This document shows positions 27,781 to 43,534 of a stretch of DNA of 64,000 nucleotides, piece after piece. Made by a program: the position numbers and the translations under genes. The stretch is taken from contig OZ024742.1 in assembly GCA_964016885.1 (NCBI GenBank), positions 298,902,001 to 298,966,000 of the forward strand, written 5' to 3'. The notes beneath the pieces are model-generated. The model did not search any database, was not told the DNA's origin, and was given only the letters and a program-made list of their open reading frames with translations. The DNA is from Eledone cirrhosa (Eukaryota). The first letter of the stretch is position 1. The number at the start of each line of letters is the position of its first letter.

Positions 27781-28731
27781 ATGCAGAATACGTAACATGC
27801 TTATAGATTTTTGGAGATGATAGTTAGGCTTGGCATATATAAAGTGTAATGTTATCAGCTCGTCTATTATTGAAGAATACAGAGTATGACAATGACTTGG
27901 TTTCTGTGATGTGGAACATTGCCGAAGGCCAAAGTCTTGTAGGAAGGGAAATTAATTTCAGAATTTAATGGCCTAGTAGGAGGTAGAGATCCTGTACAAA
28001 GTGGGAGTTAGAGATCTAGTAAGAAGTAGGAGGTAAGGATCTCGTAGGAAGTAAAAGTATTGTAGGAAGTAAATAAGTAAATATCTTGTTGGCAGTAACA
28101 ATGTTGTAGCCAGTAAAGGCAGTACCTTGGCGTGAACGTAGTCCAATGATTGAAACTATTGAAATAAGACATTTAAAGAGAGTACATAGATTATCTGTAA
28201 ATTCAGTCGTAGGAAGTTTAAGTTTCTGTGGATATTCGTATCAGATTACGAAATTAAATGAAAACAAAATAATCGTTACATGCTGAAATTTTCATTTAAC
28301 ACCAATGGCCATTGATTTTGGTATCTTTATATAATAGTCTTTCTTTCAAATAGCTACATTACAAGTATTTTACATGTAAACATACACTGTTGCTTCTTTA
28401 TGTTCGAATGACCATGGTAACTTCTACTGTGATAACTTATTGCATTTAAAAGAAGATATTTTCAATAAAATTAAAAAAATGAATCATATTTTCGAACTTT
28501 ATTTCATGATTTTTAATGACATATTTAGTTCTGTTATGAATGGTAGGAGTAATTATGTTTTGTTCTTCATTGTTCGGAAAACATTTGGTTAATTCAGATC
28601 GATTAATGCATTTAAAAACCACAATTAGAAAATATATTAACAGAAAATAGAATTTGAAAATACATGTCGGAAACTAGAATTTAAATATACAAAACTAATT
28701 GTATTACTGAGTTGTTGTTCTTGGTACTAAT

Positions 28732-29808
<1,077 letters not shown>

Positions 29809-31575
29809 TATATATATATAAGTTAAAACAATGAAATAAAAATTCAAGTCATTAGAAATATACTTCACTGCTATACGATCGTTTCTAGGTGATGATAATA
29901 CATCGTAACCATACTTCGTTATCGATCTATGTAAGGTTAGTTACAAAATATCAGATAATGAAAATATTTACTTACATGTATATCACCAGCTGTTGTCAAA
30001 AGCAATATAATGACGCTGTTTTCCTTTTAATGTTTTATTGTTTTCCGGGATTTATGTTAACCTATAACATTTTCAACATATGGATTACATTGAGTTCTTC
30101 ATGCAGACTAGACCCCACAACTTACCGTGGATATATCTGTGTATATATATATATATATCGAACCTACAATATTATGATCACGTGTCCAAAATCCTAGTAA
30201 CTAAGCCACAAGCTTTCATATTCTAATAATATAGAGATTCAACATTCCCAAAGAATTTATATTTAGAATTTAAAAGCAATTACTTATATCAAATATCAAT
30301 GCTTTAAGATCGTACAAAAGTAGTACGCAGGTGATAATTAGTTTGTGTATGTGTGTGTGTATGTATGTACATATATATTGATGCGAGAGTGTATATGCAC
30401 GCCCTCAGTATAACGTTTCTGTATTTCACTATCTATGTTACTATCGTCTGCTACAACGTCGATATTTATACTTCATCTCCCATTCATATATTTTTCTTTC
30501 TACATCCCTCTTACACATCCGGCATTATATATTGGAGATAATATTTCAAATTGGAATCAATGAATTTTAAAATCTTGACCTTTTGTTTCATTTGTGTGTG
30601 CGTAGGTATGGCTGAAAGGTTAAGAAGTTCGCTTCGTGATCATGATGTCTCGGGTTCAATCCCACTGTATGACATTATCCACAAGTGTCTTTCTCATAGA
30701 CCAAAGAATTGTGAATGGAATGGAATTGAGTAGATACAATCGGTGGAAGCTAGTCGGATAGACATGTATTTCAAAGTTCCAAGGTTGGCCAAATACCAAG
30801 GTTGGTCTGAATACTCAACGATTTGCACAATTTACTTGATTGAATCTACACAGAATTCAGCATCATTTATGCAATTTCTGAATTTTATTTCCAGTATATT
30901 AGCAAATGGAATTATACTACAATTCCGTTGTTAAATTGGATTTGAGACCAGGTCTATTTGGCTACTCTTAAATGTTTTAATTTACGCACGAACAATGTCA
31001 TAGAGCACAGTTAATATACATTTCCGGCTGCGTTGATTCAATGGCGATATAAAAATGATTCCTAATGTCAATGAGACTCTAGGTTATAATTTAATATTGA
31101 TATTAATGTTAACTAAAAATGTTGAAATATCGACCCGTCGTCAAATGTAACGATATGAATAAAATTTTAAGCGAGTAACATACGCTCGGATTTCAAATTC
31201 CTTCTAGACCCACATAGGATTTCATCTGGCGTCTATGAATCAAATACTAATCCAGAGTGGTGGATTAATGAAATTTATACAGACGGACACGATTACTTGT
31301 GGCATTTATTCCGGTATTTGCCTTCTGAGTTTACATCTGGTTGTGACCTACTTGGACATGTAATACTACCTAGCCCTTAGGTTTCTTTAGCGGAGTTCAC
31401 TGTTGAAATCAATAGGACATGGTCTCCAATTGGAGAAGATTTTTCTCCTTACCACTAGTCTCTGATGCTCTGAAGAGGTTTAGGGCCATTGCCCTTCCCG
31501 CATTGAGTAAAGAGTAATTAAAAAAGTAATTCTTGTAAATAGCAATGACAGAAATACCATCATTATATGAGAATA

Positions 31576-31760
31576 GTGGATTGGCAGTATCGGTAGAGGG
31601 TCGGACGCCATGCTTTGAAGCATAGTTACCTCCCTTTATGATCTGAGTTCAAATCCCGCCGAGGTTAACTTTGCCTTCCATCCTTACGGGGTCGATAAAA
31701 TAAAGTACCAGTAATGCACTGAGTAATTGCTGGCCTTGTGCCAAAAGTAGAAACAATTAT
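31576..31760 (+). mobile_element. tRNA-derived SINE with TSD
   Basis: Colinear with 19790-19980. TSD attatatgagaatag at 31562-31576 and 31756-31770. Confidence 0.92.
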
Positions 31761-34104
31761 ATGAGAATAGATCAATGACAAGTATTAACAAATTAGTTTT
31801 CTATAGTTAGATGAGGTCCATTTCTTAAAATGATGGACAGCAGAATAGAGATTGCGTGCGCGTGGAGGACAAATAATGTTAACAACTAAAGTTAATGTTT
31901 GTAAATCTATTGAATGTATTCAATCGCTGAGTGAGTTAATAATTGGAGCAATACAGAAATAGATGTTTTATATTTCATTGACAATATAGTAACGTACACC
32001 TAACATGCAGGTTGCACCTCTTTATGTAATACTGTCAAGCAGTAAAATAAGTTGTTCAAAAGTATACTATTAATTCAGGTAGGGAGAAAGTTGAGAAAAA
32101 CTCAGAATACAGAACACGTTTAGAGGAAAATGAATAACATATACCACTTAAACCCTCTAAAAAAACTTAAAACAAACACAAGTTGGTATGTGATGGAAAT
32201 ATGGAAATTGGCTGCCCTGTGATTGATGGAGAATCAATAAAAGATATATTAAAAGCACTATACACTATCTAATGTGACGATTTCGCAGTCATTAGAACGC
32301 CATAGATTATGTTTCATTTTAGCTCCCTAGCGCCGAGTTCAACTTAGCATTTCCTTCTTTTGAGATTGATAAATAAAGTAGTATTTCAGTACTGGGATCG
32401 ATTTTTCCTCTACATCTCTTTCTCATTTCCCCTCTTTCGCTCTTCTTTCTTTCTCTGGAAGAAATCGTCTGCGTTTAGACTTCGCCAGGTTTAAATGTCT
32501 AAGACATACCGTATATTACTATGGCTTTTCTACAATTCCACCAAGAACTAAAGGTTCACATAGACTTAAAAATATACTGTTTAAGTTGTATGGACAACGG
32601 AGAATGTGACATATTTATTGTACGACTACAACATTTTAGAAACGACATATAATTGAAGCTTTGAGAAATTTCCAACAATTTGTTTCGAATGCATGGATTT
32701 TATTTTATGAAAAGGCGATCGAAAATTGCTTGAAGAAGAAAAAAATCAAATCTATTTGGAATTTCAATAGGCAACCAATCGAGTGTGTGGATTCTCCGTC
32801 GATTGTAACAGCGAGCAATTTAATATCTAGCTCATGAATTAAGTGGCAGAATATTATACAAAACCTGTACACTTAATGTAATTCTTAAGCCTGACACAGC
32901 ATGACACAAATTGAATGACAAAATGTTAGATTACAGGTACAATGTATTTGATAAGGCTAAAAAAAAAAGATGTTTACCCAATTTCACTCAAAAGTCTTGG
33001 GTGAAATGGAGGTTATGGGAAAGACACTTGCCCACGAAGCAGCACAATCCATCCAGATGTGCCGGCATTAAAATATATGACCGAGTAATATATACATACA
33101 CTAGTAAATATGATCTTTTGCTATGATGTATAATTTGATACCTCAATAAATGCCGGTATAAAACATTGAGAATATTCTATGGAATATTTAAGCCAGATGT
33201 TAACGAATATGAGAATGTAAAAATATCAAATGGCAATAATTATTAATGCTGTAGATTCAATTCCTTATATGGAATTATTTAAATATCACATTCCAAGAAA
33301 CATAAAACTGCTTAGACCTGCTGATGTCTTAAGTAAAATACTTTCAGACTAGCGAAAAGACAAACTATATTTTAATTTTACCTTTAGAAATTAACGTCTA
33401 TGCAATTGTTGTTGTTATCCCCAGGTCAATCCCGACTTAGTACAATTATTATAAAAGGCGTTTCAGTCGTGGCCATCTTTTCCTTTCAGGAATAAACACA
33501 AAATTCATTAGGTAATGGCCATATAAATTCAACCGCGAAATTATATGCATTTAGGAGCACATAGGACTACATATTCTAATGCAATTTGAAGGAAATTTGG
33601 CTGCTGTTTCTGGTTGGTCAACCGACCACAAATATGCTACCCCGTCATTGCGTTACGATGGTGACATCGAGAAAGAAATATCTAAGACCGACTGTAAAGA
33701 GAAACATGATTATTTTGAATAGCTTCAGAGCCACATATTATGAAGTGCACGCAATTTCAAAGAAAACATTGACCACCTGCAACGCAATGCTTTCATCTAA
33801 ATGAAAAACAAAGACGGGGAAAAACAAAAACAGAAAAAAGAAAAACAATTACGATCTGTATAGAATTTGATAACTTTGTCAATTGTATTTAAAACAAAAC
33901 GTACTCAATAACAGAAAATCTAGTCGCCGAAATTCTTTATTATATGGTTTTAAGAGCGATAGTTAGTATTAACACAATTCCTCTGTTTAACTATAGAGAT
34001 GCATGTTTAAAAGCTTCTTATTTTATATTTAAACACCTGTGCAGATGCAGACTCATTCCACAATGAGTATTGACGAAAGTTTGTCATTATTAATTAAATG
34101 AAAA

Positions 34105-34742
34105 GGACGGTGGATTAGCAGAATCCTTAAAGCGTCGGACAATATGCTTCGTGGCATATAGTTACTTCCTTTACATTCTGATTTCAAATCCCACCCAGTT
34201 TAGCTTTGCCTACCATCATTTCAAGGTCGATAGAGTAAAGCACCAGTAACGCACTGGGGTCGATTTAATCGTCTTTCCCCTCCCCCAAAATTGTTGGCTT
34301 TGGTCTTAAATCAGAAACCCTTATTAATGAAAGAAAACAGACACTGGATTAGCGGAATTCTTAAAGCTTCGAATAAATAGCTTTGTGATATTTGTTCCGG
34401 CTCTTTTAAGTTCTTATTTCAATCTAGTCAAGTTCAATGTTGTCTTTCATCATTCAGGGGTATAGTATAAATCACCAAATCAAATACTGGGGTCGATAAA
34501 TATAATAGAGCCTTTCTACAAAATTGTTGGCCTTGAGCCTAAATTAGAAATCAATATTAATGAAAGAAATATCTTGGATTTGCAGAATCGTTTTGAGCTT
34601 AAATTTTGCTTAGGCTAAATTTGCCTCTCATAATCCTAGGTGTGATCAAATAAAGTACCAGTCAAGAACTGGTGTCGATATAATCGACTGTCGCATATGC
34701 TTAAATTGCTGTCCTTGTTTCTAGATTAAAAATCCGTATTAT
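34105..34742 (+). mobile_element. Head-to-tail trimer of older SINE copies
   Basis: Three diverged units start tggattagc/tggatttgc at ~34111, ~34345 and ~34575. Each has ctggggtcgat-like and ggcct...tagaaa-like segments. They are separated by tattaatgaaag. Confidence 0.75.
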
Positions 34743-35348
34743 TGTGAAGAACCATTCTTGCATTGTGTTTCTAATAATTCATGAAATATTTCTCTCTCAA
34801 TGAAATGTGACAGTATTCTAAAGATACTATTAGTTAAATCATTGACATATTTTTGTTCTTGTTCTCCTCTCCTTTAGAAAAATTATAATTAGCATTATGT
34901 TTATGACATTTTTAATTCATCTTCTCATATCTCTAAATAGGAATCTTCACATTCTTCCACATTAGCGAAACATATCTAATCTTCTGCATTTATTCTGTGC
35001 GAATGAAACTAAAGTTGAATTTTCCAAACGTTTCACATTGGCAACATTGAATAATACAATATTTCGTGATGCATTACGGATATAACACTAAAATGGAAAT
35101 AACCAGATGAAAAAGAGAAATAAGAAATTTCCCGATATTCTTGTTTGGCAAATGATTTGATCTGAGACAATGGGATGAAACTAAACTCATTTTTCCCATT
35201 CAAGCAAAGAAAACAAAGATAATCAGAGCTGCAAATCAACTGTGACAATGACCAAGCTGAAAAGAGAGCAATGAATATCTTTACATCGGGAAATAAATGA
35301 TAGATGTAAAGTAAAGTTAAGATTAGCTGGAAACACACGGAAAAAAAA

Positions 35349-35766
35349 CTAGGAAAATATTTTCTTCGCGATCCCCAGTGGGGCGTTTCTATAAATGATT
35401 ATGTGTAACTCCATTTTCTGAAAAAAGGTATGATTGGCGAGTAAGTCAACAATAAACGAAAACACCTAGAAACGTTTTAGTTAATAGAGAAGGGGAATGG
35501 ATTGGGTGAGAGGTGGAGTAGTATTTCGCTTTCTATATATAGATAGCACGAGAGACGAATAGACAGTACCTATGTGTTAGAAAAAATCAGTAAATTGTCC
35601 CCTAACTCGCCCCCATTCTGTTTTCGGAAAATAAGTCGAGAGCGAGATTATCGATGGTAGGATTAGTTGAAAACACGAAAAACCCTAAATATTATCAATT
35701 TTATTTAATGTTATTAGCGGTCGACGTAAAACAATCAAATAATCTTCCTTTTTATAAATATATAGA
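35349..35766 (-). mobile_element. Possible non-autonomous Helitron
   Basis: The minus strand begins A|TCtatatatttataaaa and ends CTAG|T, with a GC hairpin ccccactgggg ~20 nt before the end. Confidence 0.4.
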
Positions 35767-36239
35767 TTAGATGTTATTAAGATCAATGACCTAAAACCAC
35801 ACAGAAACATAAAACGTAAGATATAGTAATTCTATCTACACATCGTGCATTGCCCCTTCTTCACTCGTAAACCAGAAACACAGAAAGCAAACGATAAGAG
35901 ATCTGGAAAGGAAATCTCAAAGGTTTTAAATCACATAAAAATCTAAACCATAGATCTTTCTAAAAAGTATCAAGTGCCAGAAGAAATTATTGCACACAAG
36001 AGAATTGCTAGTTGTTGTCATTGCTATCTAAATTAAAAAAAAGATAAACATGAACAAAATTCTCATTTATATTAAAACTGCTTTAGCATATGCAATTACA
36101 AGTTGTTAAAAAATTGTTTACCTCATGAAAAATATACAAAAGTATAAGTTCAGTTTAAATTTCTAAGAATGGTAAGGTATCATGGATATATATTCAAAAT
36201 AATGTTTTTCTCAGTTATGTAACAGCTGTAGGATATGTA

Positions 36240-36729
36240 TATATGTGTGTGTGTGTCTGTGTCTGTGTGTGTGCGTCTGTGTCTGTGTAGATAGATAGAT
36301 TAGATAGATATAAATGTGGTGGAGATTCGACCGCAAGCTGGAGCAGTTTCAGTTTGTAATAATATCTCCAAGCATATATATGTACCGGTTGCATCTCAGT
36401 GTACTTAATAGGTAAGGTTATGTATAAATGCTAGAGTAGACACAAAGTTATTTGCCTGGATACAACATATATATATATATATATATATGTATACATCCTA
36501 GAGTAGACAGTTATTTGCCTGGATACATATATATATGTATACAGACGTACAGTAGTATGTATATACATACATACATGCACACATATATATATATATATAT
36601 ATATGTACGTATAGGTTTACCGAACATTTATTATAATGCTCGATTTGTTTGTAAACAAACAGCCCGAATTATTAGCCGTACAGTGTTCGGCAACCATCGT
36701 TGCCATTTTGTTCAACACTGACAAAGGAA

Positions 36730-36788
<59 letters not shown>

Positions 36789-36990
36789 ATCCAGACAAAT
36801 AACTGTCTACTCTAGGATTTATACATAACCTTACCTATTAAGTACACTGAGATGCAACCGGTACATATATATATGCTTGGAGGAATTACAAACTAAAACC
36901 GCTCCAGCTTGCGGTCGGATCCCCACCACATTTATATATATCTAATCTATCAATCTACACAGACACAGGCGCACACACACAGATACACCA
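36240..36990. repeat. Inverted repeat of ~230-bp arms around a TA-rich spacer
   Basis: 36255-36470 is the diverged reverse complement of 36781-36985. The arms contain GAAA-c(c/t)gc-tccagctt-gcgg-TC, which looks like the 3' half of a hammerhead. Confidence 0.85.
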
Positions 36991-37321
36991 CGCGCATACT
37001 CATATATATATATATTCACAGTACCCTTAAAATAACCTTAAGCCTAATAGGGGTATATGAAAGCATATGCTCTATGTTTATATATAAACATATGGGATAC
37101 TCGCAGGAGGTGTTCAGGGTTTCATTTGCGTTTAAGCAGTATGATTATCCCTGTAGGGCTAACCCCCAGCTGGTGCTGCTGCTTGTACACATTTTCAGTT
37201 GTTGTAACTGGAACACCGTGAAATGAAGTATTTCGCTCAAGAGCACATCGCGCCAAAGAACAACATAGCCAATAGGCAATTACGAACAACATAGACACTA
37301 GGCTTCATATATACACATGTT

Positions 37322-38136
37322 CACAGGGCATGGCATTGGCACTGTAACGCTTGATTCTATTAATTGAACATACACGAAGCTATTTATCTATAAATTAACG
37401 TATAGTATCCACCCTCAGTTACAGATTCGTATTTCCAACATACAAGTTTTGTAAATTCATCGAGTGAGGAGATAGCGGCCGATCTAGATGAATTGTAAAC
37501 GGATAGCTTCGCTAAAATTCATTTATATAATCTCACAGGTAGCAGACTTGTCTTTAATCGTAAGTAGAACACTATTTGTTTATATTAGTTCACTTTGTAT
37601 GAATTTTGCATCTCCGATTTTGTTATTCATTTAACTAACCAGGTCGTGACCTCTGGCACTTATTGAGCTATTTGAATTTTATCGCCCAAACTGTTTTTCC
37701 TCGTAACGGCTGATTTCAGCTGCTCTCATCTTCAGAATTTCAAGTGATACTGCTACACTATGAAACTGCTATTAGTATCCAAGTGATACTCTGTTTGACT
37801 CTGGTAGTCGCCCAGATTAAAATATCCCATTTGGATTAGGACTGAACTCACGCTGATATGTTAAACCAGTCTTGTTATGTAATATTTGGAAATATGACGC
37901 CTGTAAGTAGCATTTGCTGATGCAACTGTTGTGAACAGGGCATGGCATTGAAACTGTACAGATCTGGTCTAATAATTGTACCCATATTACGCGGTTTATT
38001 TTCTAATTGACTTATAATGTCCAGTTTGGGTTACTAATATGTATTTAAAACATATGAATTTGTAAATTCATCGTGTGAGTAGATAGTGGCCGGACGAGAG
38101 GGATTGTAAACGGAGAGCTTCGTTAAAACGTATTTG
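37322..38136 (+). repeat. Diverged ~200-bp direct repeat pair
   Basis: acagggcatggcattg...ttgtaaattcatcg...ttgtaaacgga.agcttcg.taaaa at ~37323-37523 and ~37935-38135. Confidence 0.75.
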
Positions 38137-38994
38137 CGTGCACGCACACACACACACACACACACATACGCACACACATACGCACACACATATATATAAG
38201 TAAGAACATTTTAATATATCTTTATATATATCTTTATATATATATATAAGTAATATATCTTTATATATATATAAGTAAGAACATTTTAATGCAAATCTGT
38301 GTGTATATGATTGATATAATAATGATATTCAGCATTGGAACGCGTTTCAATATTTCGAGAGTAGGTATAGTCGATTAGGTCAACCTCAGTACGTGATTAT
38401 TACTTGTTTCCACGCCTCGGGATTAATGGAAATTATATAAAATAGCAACAGCTGAATATACTAAACATAGGAAAAATTAAACGTTTTATATTTATAAGGA
38501 TCGAAAGAATGGAATATTTTAGATGGCATTTCAAAGAACAAGATGTATATGTTTGAAATTTGCTAAAATGTTCATGGTATGCAAATTTCTTCATGCAAGT
38601 TTTCATATATTTATATAGATATATATTGTAGCAATGGCTTGTATAATAGTGTACTATTTTCCTTCACTATGTTTATAATTGAATAACTGATTTATAAGCT
38701 CGTTTGAAATTCAGATTTTAGTTATTAGAGAGAGTTGTCTACATATTTCTCCTTTAGTTTCGTACGCTAACTAATTTTAGCACAGAAATACCTGAAAGGA
38801 TTTAAATAGTTTTAATTGAAATATTGCAGAAACAAGTCATGAATAAATTAAAGAAAAGCAAATTGTACGCAAATCCGAATGATACATAGGGAATTTTGTG
38901 GGACACTCTTTTAATTGATCTAGGGCTATAGGTAAAAAGAGAGTTAAACAATTCAGAGCAAAACTTGAGCAAACTAAAAAGTGTGTTAATAATA

Positions 38995-39195
38995 GTTTCT
39001 GGTTTAGGCACAGAGCCGACAATTTGGGGGAGGGGATAGTCGATTAGATCGATTCCAGTACATTACAGGTACTTTAGTTTATACACCCAGTAAGGATGAA
39101 AGGCAAAGATCACCTTGGCGGTATTTGTACATAGAACGTAAAGGACCGTAATCTCTATACTGCAAAGCATGTTATCCGATATTGTCAACCCACCT
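38995..39195 (-). mobile_element. Older SINE copy
   Basis: Reverse complement of the SINE body (aaggatgaaaggcaaag, ggtacttta, ttggggggagggg-like segment). Confidence 0.75.
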
Positions 39196-39658
39196 CTCTA
39201 AAAGTGTATTAATAATGTTGTTACTAATATGAAATTCCCTTTAGGTGTGATGAGTTATGTTAATATCATCTCTTTTACTATGGGTATTATTGAATCGGTA
39301 ATACGCTTTACATTGTCTTTAATTTCGTCAACTTTGTACACCTCATGTTTTGCTGCTATGTCATTCTTGTTTCTAAACTCATTATGAATTAAGTGAGAGC
39401 TAAAGTTCGCAGAATTGATAGTGTTACAAACTAAAGAATTGCCGACAATATTTTGTTTATGACCAAGGTGTATTAACTACCAAAATATCCAGTTGATTTA
39501 GTCCGATGTAATTGTCGCAATGTGCCCTTCCCACAGAAGTTTGAACAGCAGAGAATAAAATAATTATTTTGTGTATAACTAGCAAAAAGGTTAGAGAGCG
39601 AATAAAAGAAAGACCTCTTTAGGCAATGCATAGACATTTCAATGAGCTATATATATAG

Positions 39659-39763
39659 AGGCAGCTGAGCCCCGGCCGTTTCGACAGCTAGATCCGAATC
39701 TACCGTTCGGATCTAGCTCTTGAAAAGACCGGAGCTCAGCCATATGGGTCCTGACTCTTTTCC
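39659..39763. mobile_element. Miniature fold-back made of a PLE 3' terminus (3' half of a hammerhead)
   Basis: agctagatccgaa-tctaccg-ttcggatctagct core palindrome. The arms resemble tagccgtcgaaacggcttgagctctgccgtcggggtcc at 17539-17576. TA on both sides. A further copy lies at 51920-51976. Confidence 0.7.
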
Positions 39764-39775
39764 TATATATATATA

Positions 39776-39849
<74 letters not shown>

Positions 39850-39916
39850 TAAAGATAAATATATATATATATACATATGTGAATAAAAATAACCAGGATT
39901 ATTGTTGAATTAAATT

Positions 39917-39999
39917 ATTTAATGGATTGACGAATATTTCGATTAAAATAAAAGGAATATTCATTCCTGCTATATTAATCTCCCCAGAATCTATTAAAT
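39917..39999 (-). ncRNA. Type I hammerhead ribozyme candidate (A6>G decayed)
   Basis: Minus strand: tttaatagatt-CTGGGGA-gattaa...ttaatc-GAAA-tattcg-TC-aatccattaaa. Stem I pairs at 10 of 11 positions; stem II has 6 bp. Confidence 0.68.
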
Positions 40000-40274
40000 A
40001 CCATTAATATTTACCAACACATGTCCATAAGTCAAGCAAGAATCCGAAAATGTAAACAAATACACATACAGTTAAAAACGTTAACATTTATTATTTTAAA
40101 AACATTTTTTTTAATAAAGATATAGCGTGCAGTAACTATCGATAGTATACTAAACTATTGCACATACCGATTAGATTGAACTCTGAACTGTCTTTTACCT
40201 ATCTTGCTGAGGACTATAAAATGACATTTGAGCTTTGAAACATTCTTTGCCGTTATATATATATATATATATAT

Positions 40275-41646
40275 TTCGTTTCTGAATTTGTTTAGCAAGA
40301 TTCTTTATCTGAAAACGTGTGTTGAAACCGATATTGTTATACTTTAGGAGGGTCATGTTGCCAATAAGAAACACACGCACCAGCTGCTTTCCCTTCAATT
40401 TATTATAATAAATTTATAAATTTAGGAATTTATAAATTTCCGGTTGGTTGGTTGGTTCCACAACTAGATAGTTGTTTATATATTGTCAGAGTTCTTTCGT
40501 CACACATTCTGTGACCTCTTCAGTGACTGGGGATTCTTTTCTTTGTTTTTGTGCCTCTCTTTTGTTCTGTCCTACGCCATTTTGTTTTTGTGTGCGTGTT
40601 GTGTGCTCAGTCTGCGCATGCGCCACATCCGGGTGTCTGTGTGTGTTTATATTCGTTTATTTATTTGTTTATTTACATGTTACAGGTTGGTTGTTTGTTC
40701 TATGTGCGTGTGTGTTTTCATTTTGTCCTTAATTGTAAGTTGTGATGTTGCTGTTCCACTCATATTTTCTATTTAATTTTGGTTGTAATTCTTTTATGTT
40801 TATTGCCTCTGTGATTTGTCTAAACATTGCGTCTTTTCTGTGTGTAGATTCTATTTTTATTTCTATCTTCTCTAATTTACCCTTGTTCTATTTTAGCATG
40901 TTGGTAGAGTACAGATGATTCTTTACTATCTTGAAGGTCTCGCCAGTGTTCATTTATCCGTTCCCCTACACTACGAGCTGTCTCACATATGTACACTATA
41001 TTTTTGTCTCTACATTGTCCTTCAGTACATCTTATGCTACATACTACATTTCTAGTTTTACAGTTAATATGGGGGCTTAATTTACAGGTTATACATTTCT
41101 ACCAACATGCTAAAATAGAACATAAGGGTAAATTAGAGAACATAGAAATAAAAATAGAATCTACACACAGAAAAGACGCAATGTTTAGACAAATCACAGA
41201 GGCAATAAACATAAAAGAATTACAACCAAAATTAAATAGAAAATATGAGTGGAACAGCAACATCACAACTTACAATTAAGGACAAAATGAAAACACACAC
41301 GCACATAGAACAAACAACCAACCTGTAACATGTAAATAAACAAATAAATAAACGAATATAAACACACACAGACACCCGGATGTGGCGCATGCACAGACTG
41401 AGCACACAACACACACACAGAAACAAAATGGCGTAGGACAGAACAAAAGAGAGGCACAAAAACAAAGAAAAGAATCCCCAGTCACAGAATGTGTGACGAA
41501 AGAACTTTGACAATATATAAACAACTATCTGGTTGTGAAACCAACCAACCGGATATTTATAAATTCCTAAATTTATAAATTTATTATAATAAATTGAAGT
41601 GAAAGTGCGTGTGTTTCTTATTGGCAACATGACCCTCCCAAAGTAT

Positions 41647-41652
<6 letters not shown>
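40275..41652. mobile_element. Penelope-like (Neptune-type endonuclease) fold-back insertion flanked by (TA)n
   Basis: 40331-40909 is an inverted copy of 41098-41654. The junction is at ~41098. TA tracts at 40254-40274 and 41651-41680. Confidence 0.88.
40729..41097 (-). pseudogene. GIY-YIG endonuclease fragment
   Basis: KCITCK..HINCKTRNVVCSIRC..QC..VYICETARSVGERINEH..SVLYQH, then after a frameshift RQITEAINIKELQPKLNRKYE*. Confidence 0.82.
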
Positions 41653-41684
<32 letters not shown>

Positions 41685-41831
41685 TTCAGTATCTATCCTC
41701 TGCGATCTTGTTTTTATTGTTATACGCCCGAAGAAGGGCACAAGACAGACACATCGAATTTTCTATCCCTTCTTTCATATAAAGCATGAAACTAATAAGA
41801 AGTTTTGTGTCTCTATTTTGGCGTTTCATTG

Positions 41832-41877
<46 letters not shown>

Positions 41878-43156
41878 ATGTGTGTGTGTAAACCAATGCT
41901 TACCGAGACATATACTAAGTCAGAGAAAGGTTTCAAAATTGTGTAGGGCAATATATGTAATGGTACACTACAAAGTTCGCAAATACAGCAGATACTTCAA
42001 ATTCATATACCGGCTGCAACACCATGACAGGTTTATATCGATTGACATACAGCCTTATATATACAAGAATATAAATGTGGAAGGGCATAGTATTTTACTC
42101 AATTTGAAATCGATAAATCGCGGAATCCATTTGTTGGTCTATTCTTGTATTCAATGTTTGACATTGAGATTTATTGACAAGAAATATGACAACCACTCGA
42201 AATGGAAGCTGGTGTCTCTTTCTTCAATGTTTAACACATGCTGTTCACCCTCTGTAACTATGAAGCCTTCGATTTTGCATTCAAGTGTTTATATAAATAC
42301 GTTATTTGAAATCTTTTTCTACTAAAAATGTTTTATGTAAATTTTGCGATAGCATTAAAATACATTCCTTTCTGAAAACCAATGTATGGAGGAAGGAAAA
42401 CCGTTCATAACTTCATTAAATAATTGTAGTTATCTTCATGGCAGCCGGTACCGTTAAACAATGGAATCCATAAGCAGCTGACAAAACATAACGACAGAAT
42501 GAGATATTACTTACAATATATTGCGTTAGGCGCTCAATTTAACAGAGTTGTTGGTGCATTGGATATTTGTTACGACACTGAGTTCTGAATTCAAATCCTG
42601 CCGAGGACTACATTGTCGTTCATACTTTCGAGGTTGACAATAAAGTTACCAGCTCAGTAGTGGTTCAGCTCTCCCTCTCTCGTTTTAGACGGATCATCCT
42701 GGATATTTCAGTGAATCAAAGGAGGGAGCCTAGTGAGGCTGTTTGTGTCTACTTAAAAATGCAATCGTTGTACATATTACCAAATCAGAACAGCCATAGT
42801 TTTATATAGCATCAAACCTCGGTATGTTGCTATATACCATAAACTATGTTGCAGTCATAACTCTTCCGTTTCAAATTTAAACTGTGTTTTATAATGCGAA
42901 TATTTGCAAGAATGTTCTGAATATGATTAGAAATAAAATATTCCCCCCCCTGCTATATCACAGACAAATACATTCCCCTGCTAAATTAAAATTCTTCAAA
43001 GCTTATTTACTGTGTAGACACCTGAAATATTTGTAATTGCATTTGTAGATTTCTTCTAGAAAAATTGATTTTTAAAAATAAACCTCCGGTAATCATGTGG
43101 AAAGAAATTATGTTACTGATAAATTGATGGTTTATATTGGAAAGGAATATGATTCA

Positions 43157-43234
<78 letters not shown>

Positions 43235-43451
43235 GTGTGTTATTCCCGGGTTCAGAGTATAAGCTTTTAATATGGAAATGGCTTCTACATGACTAGAACT
43301 GTTTCATTCGGGAGAATACATCAGGTAGCTTCCTGATGATTTTTCCAGAAATATATATATATATATATATATAGCCATTCAGTGGCTATCATCGAAATAT
43401 ATATAGCAGTAAATAAAGGATTATGAGTTCATGCAATTGACTTATGTTTCG

Positions 43452-43534
<83 letters not shown>

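Noticed and set aside
40300-40360. Hammerhead-like CTGAAAA...GAAAC on the plus strand
   Set aside because: C3-A8 mismatch, no stem II pairing, weak stem I, and antisense to the adjacent PLE.
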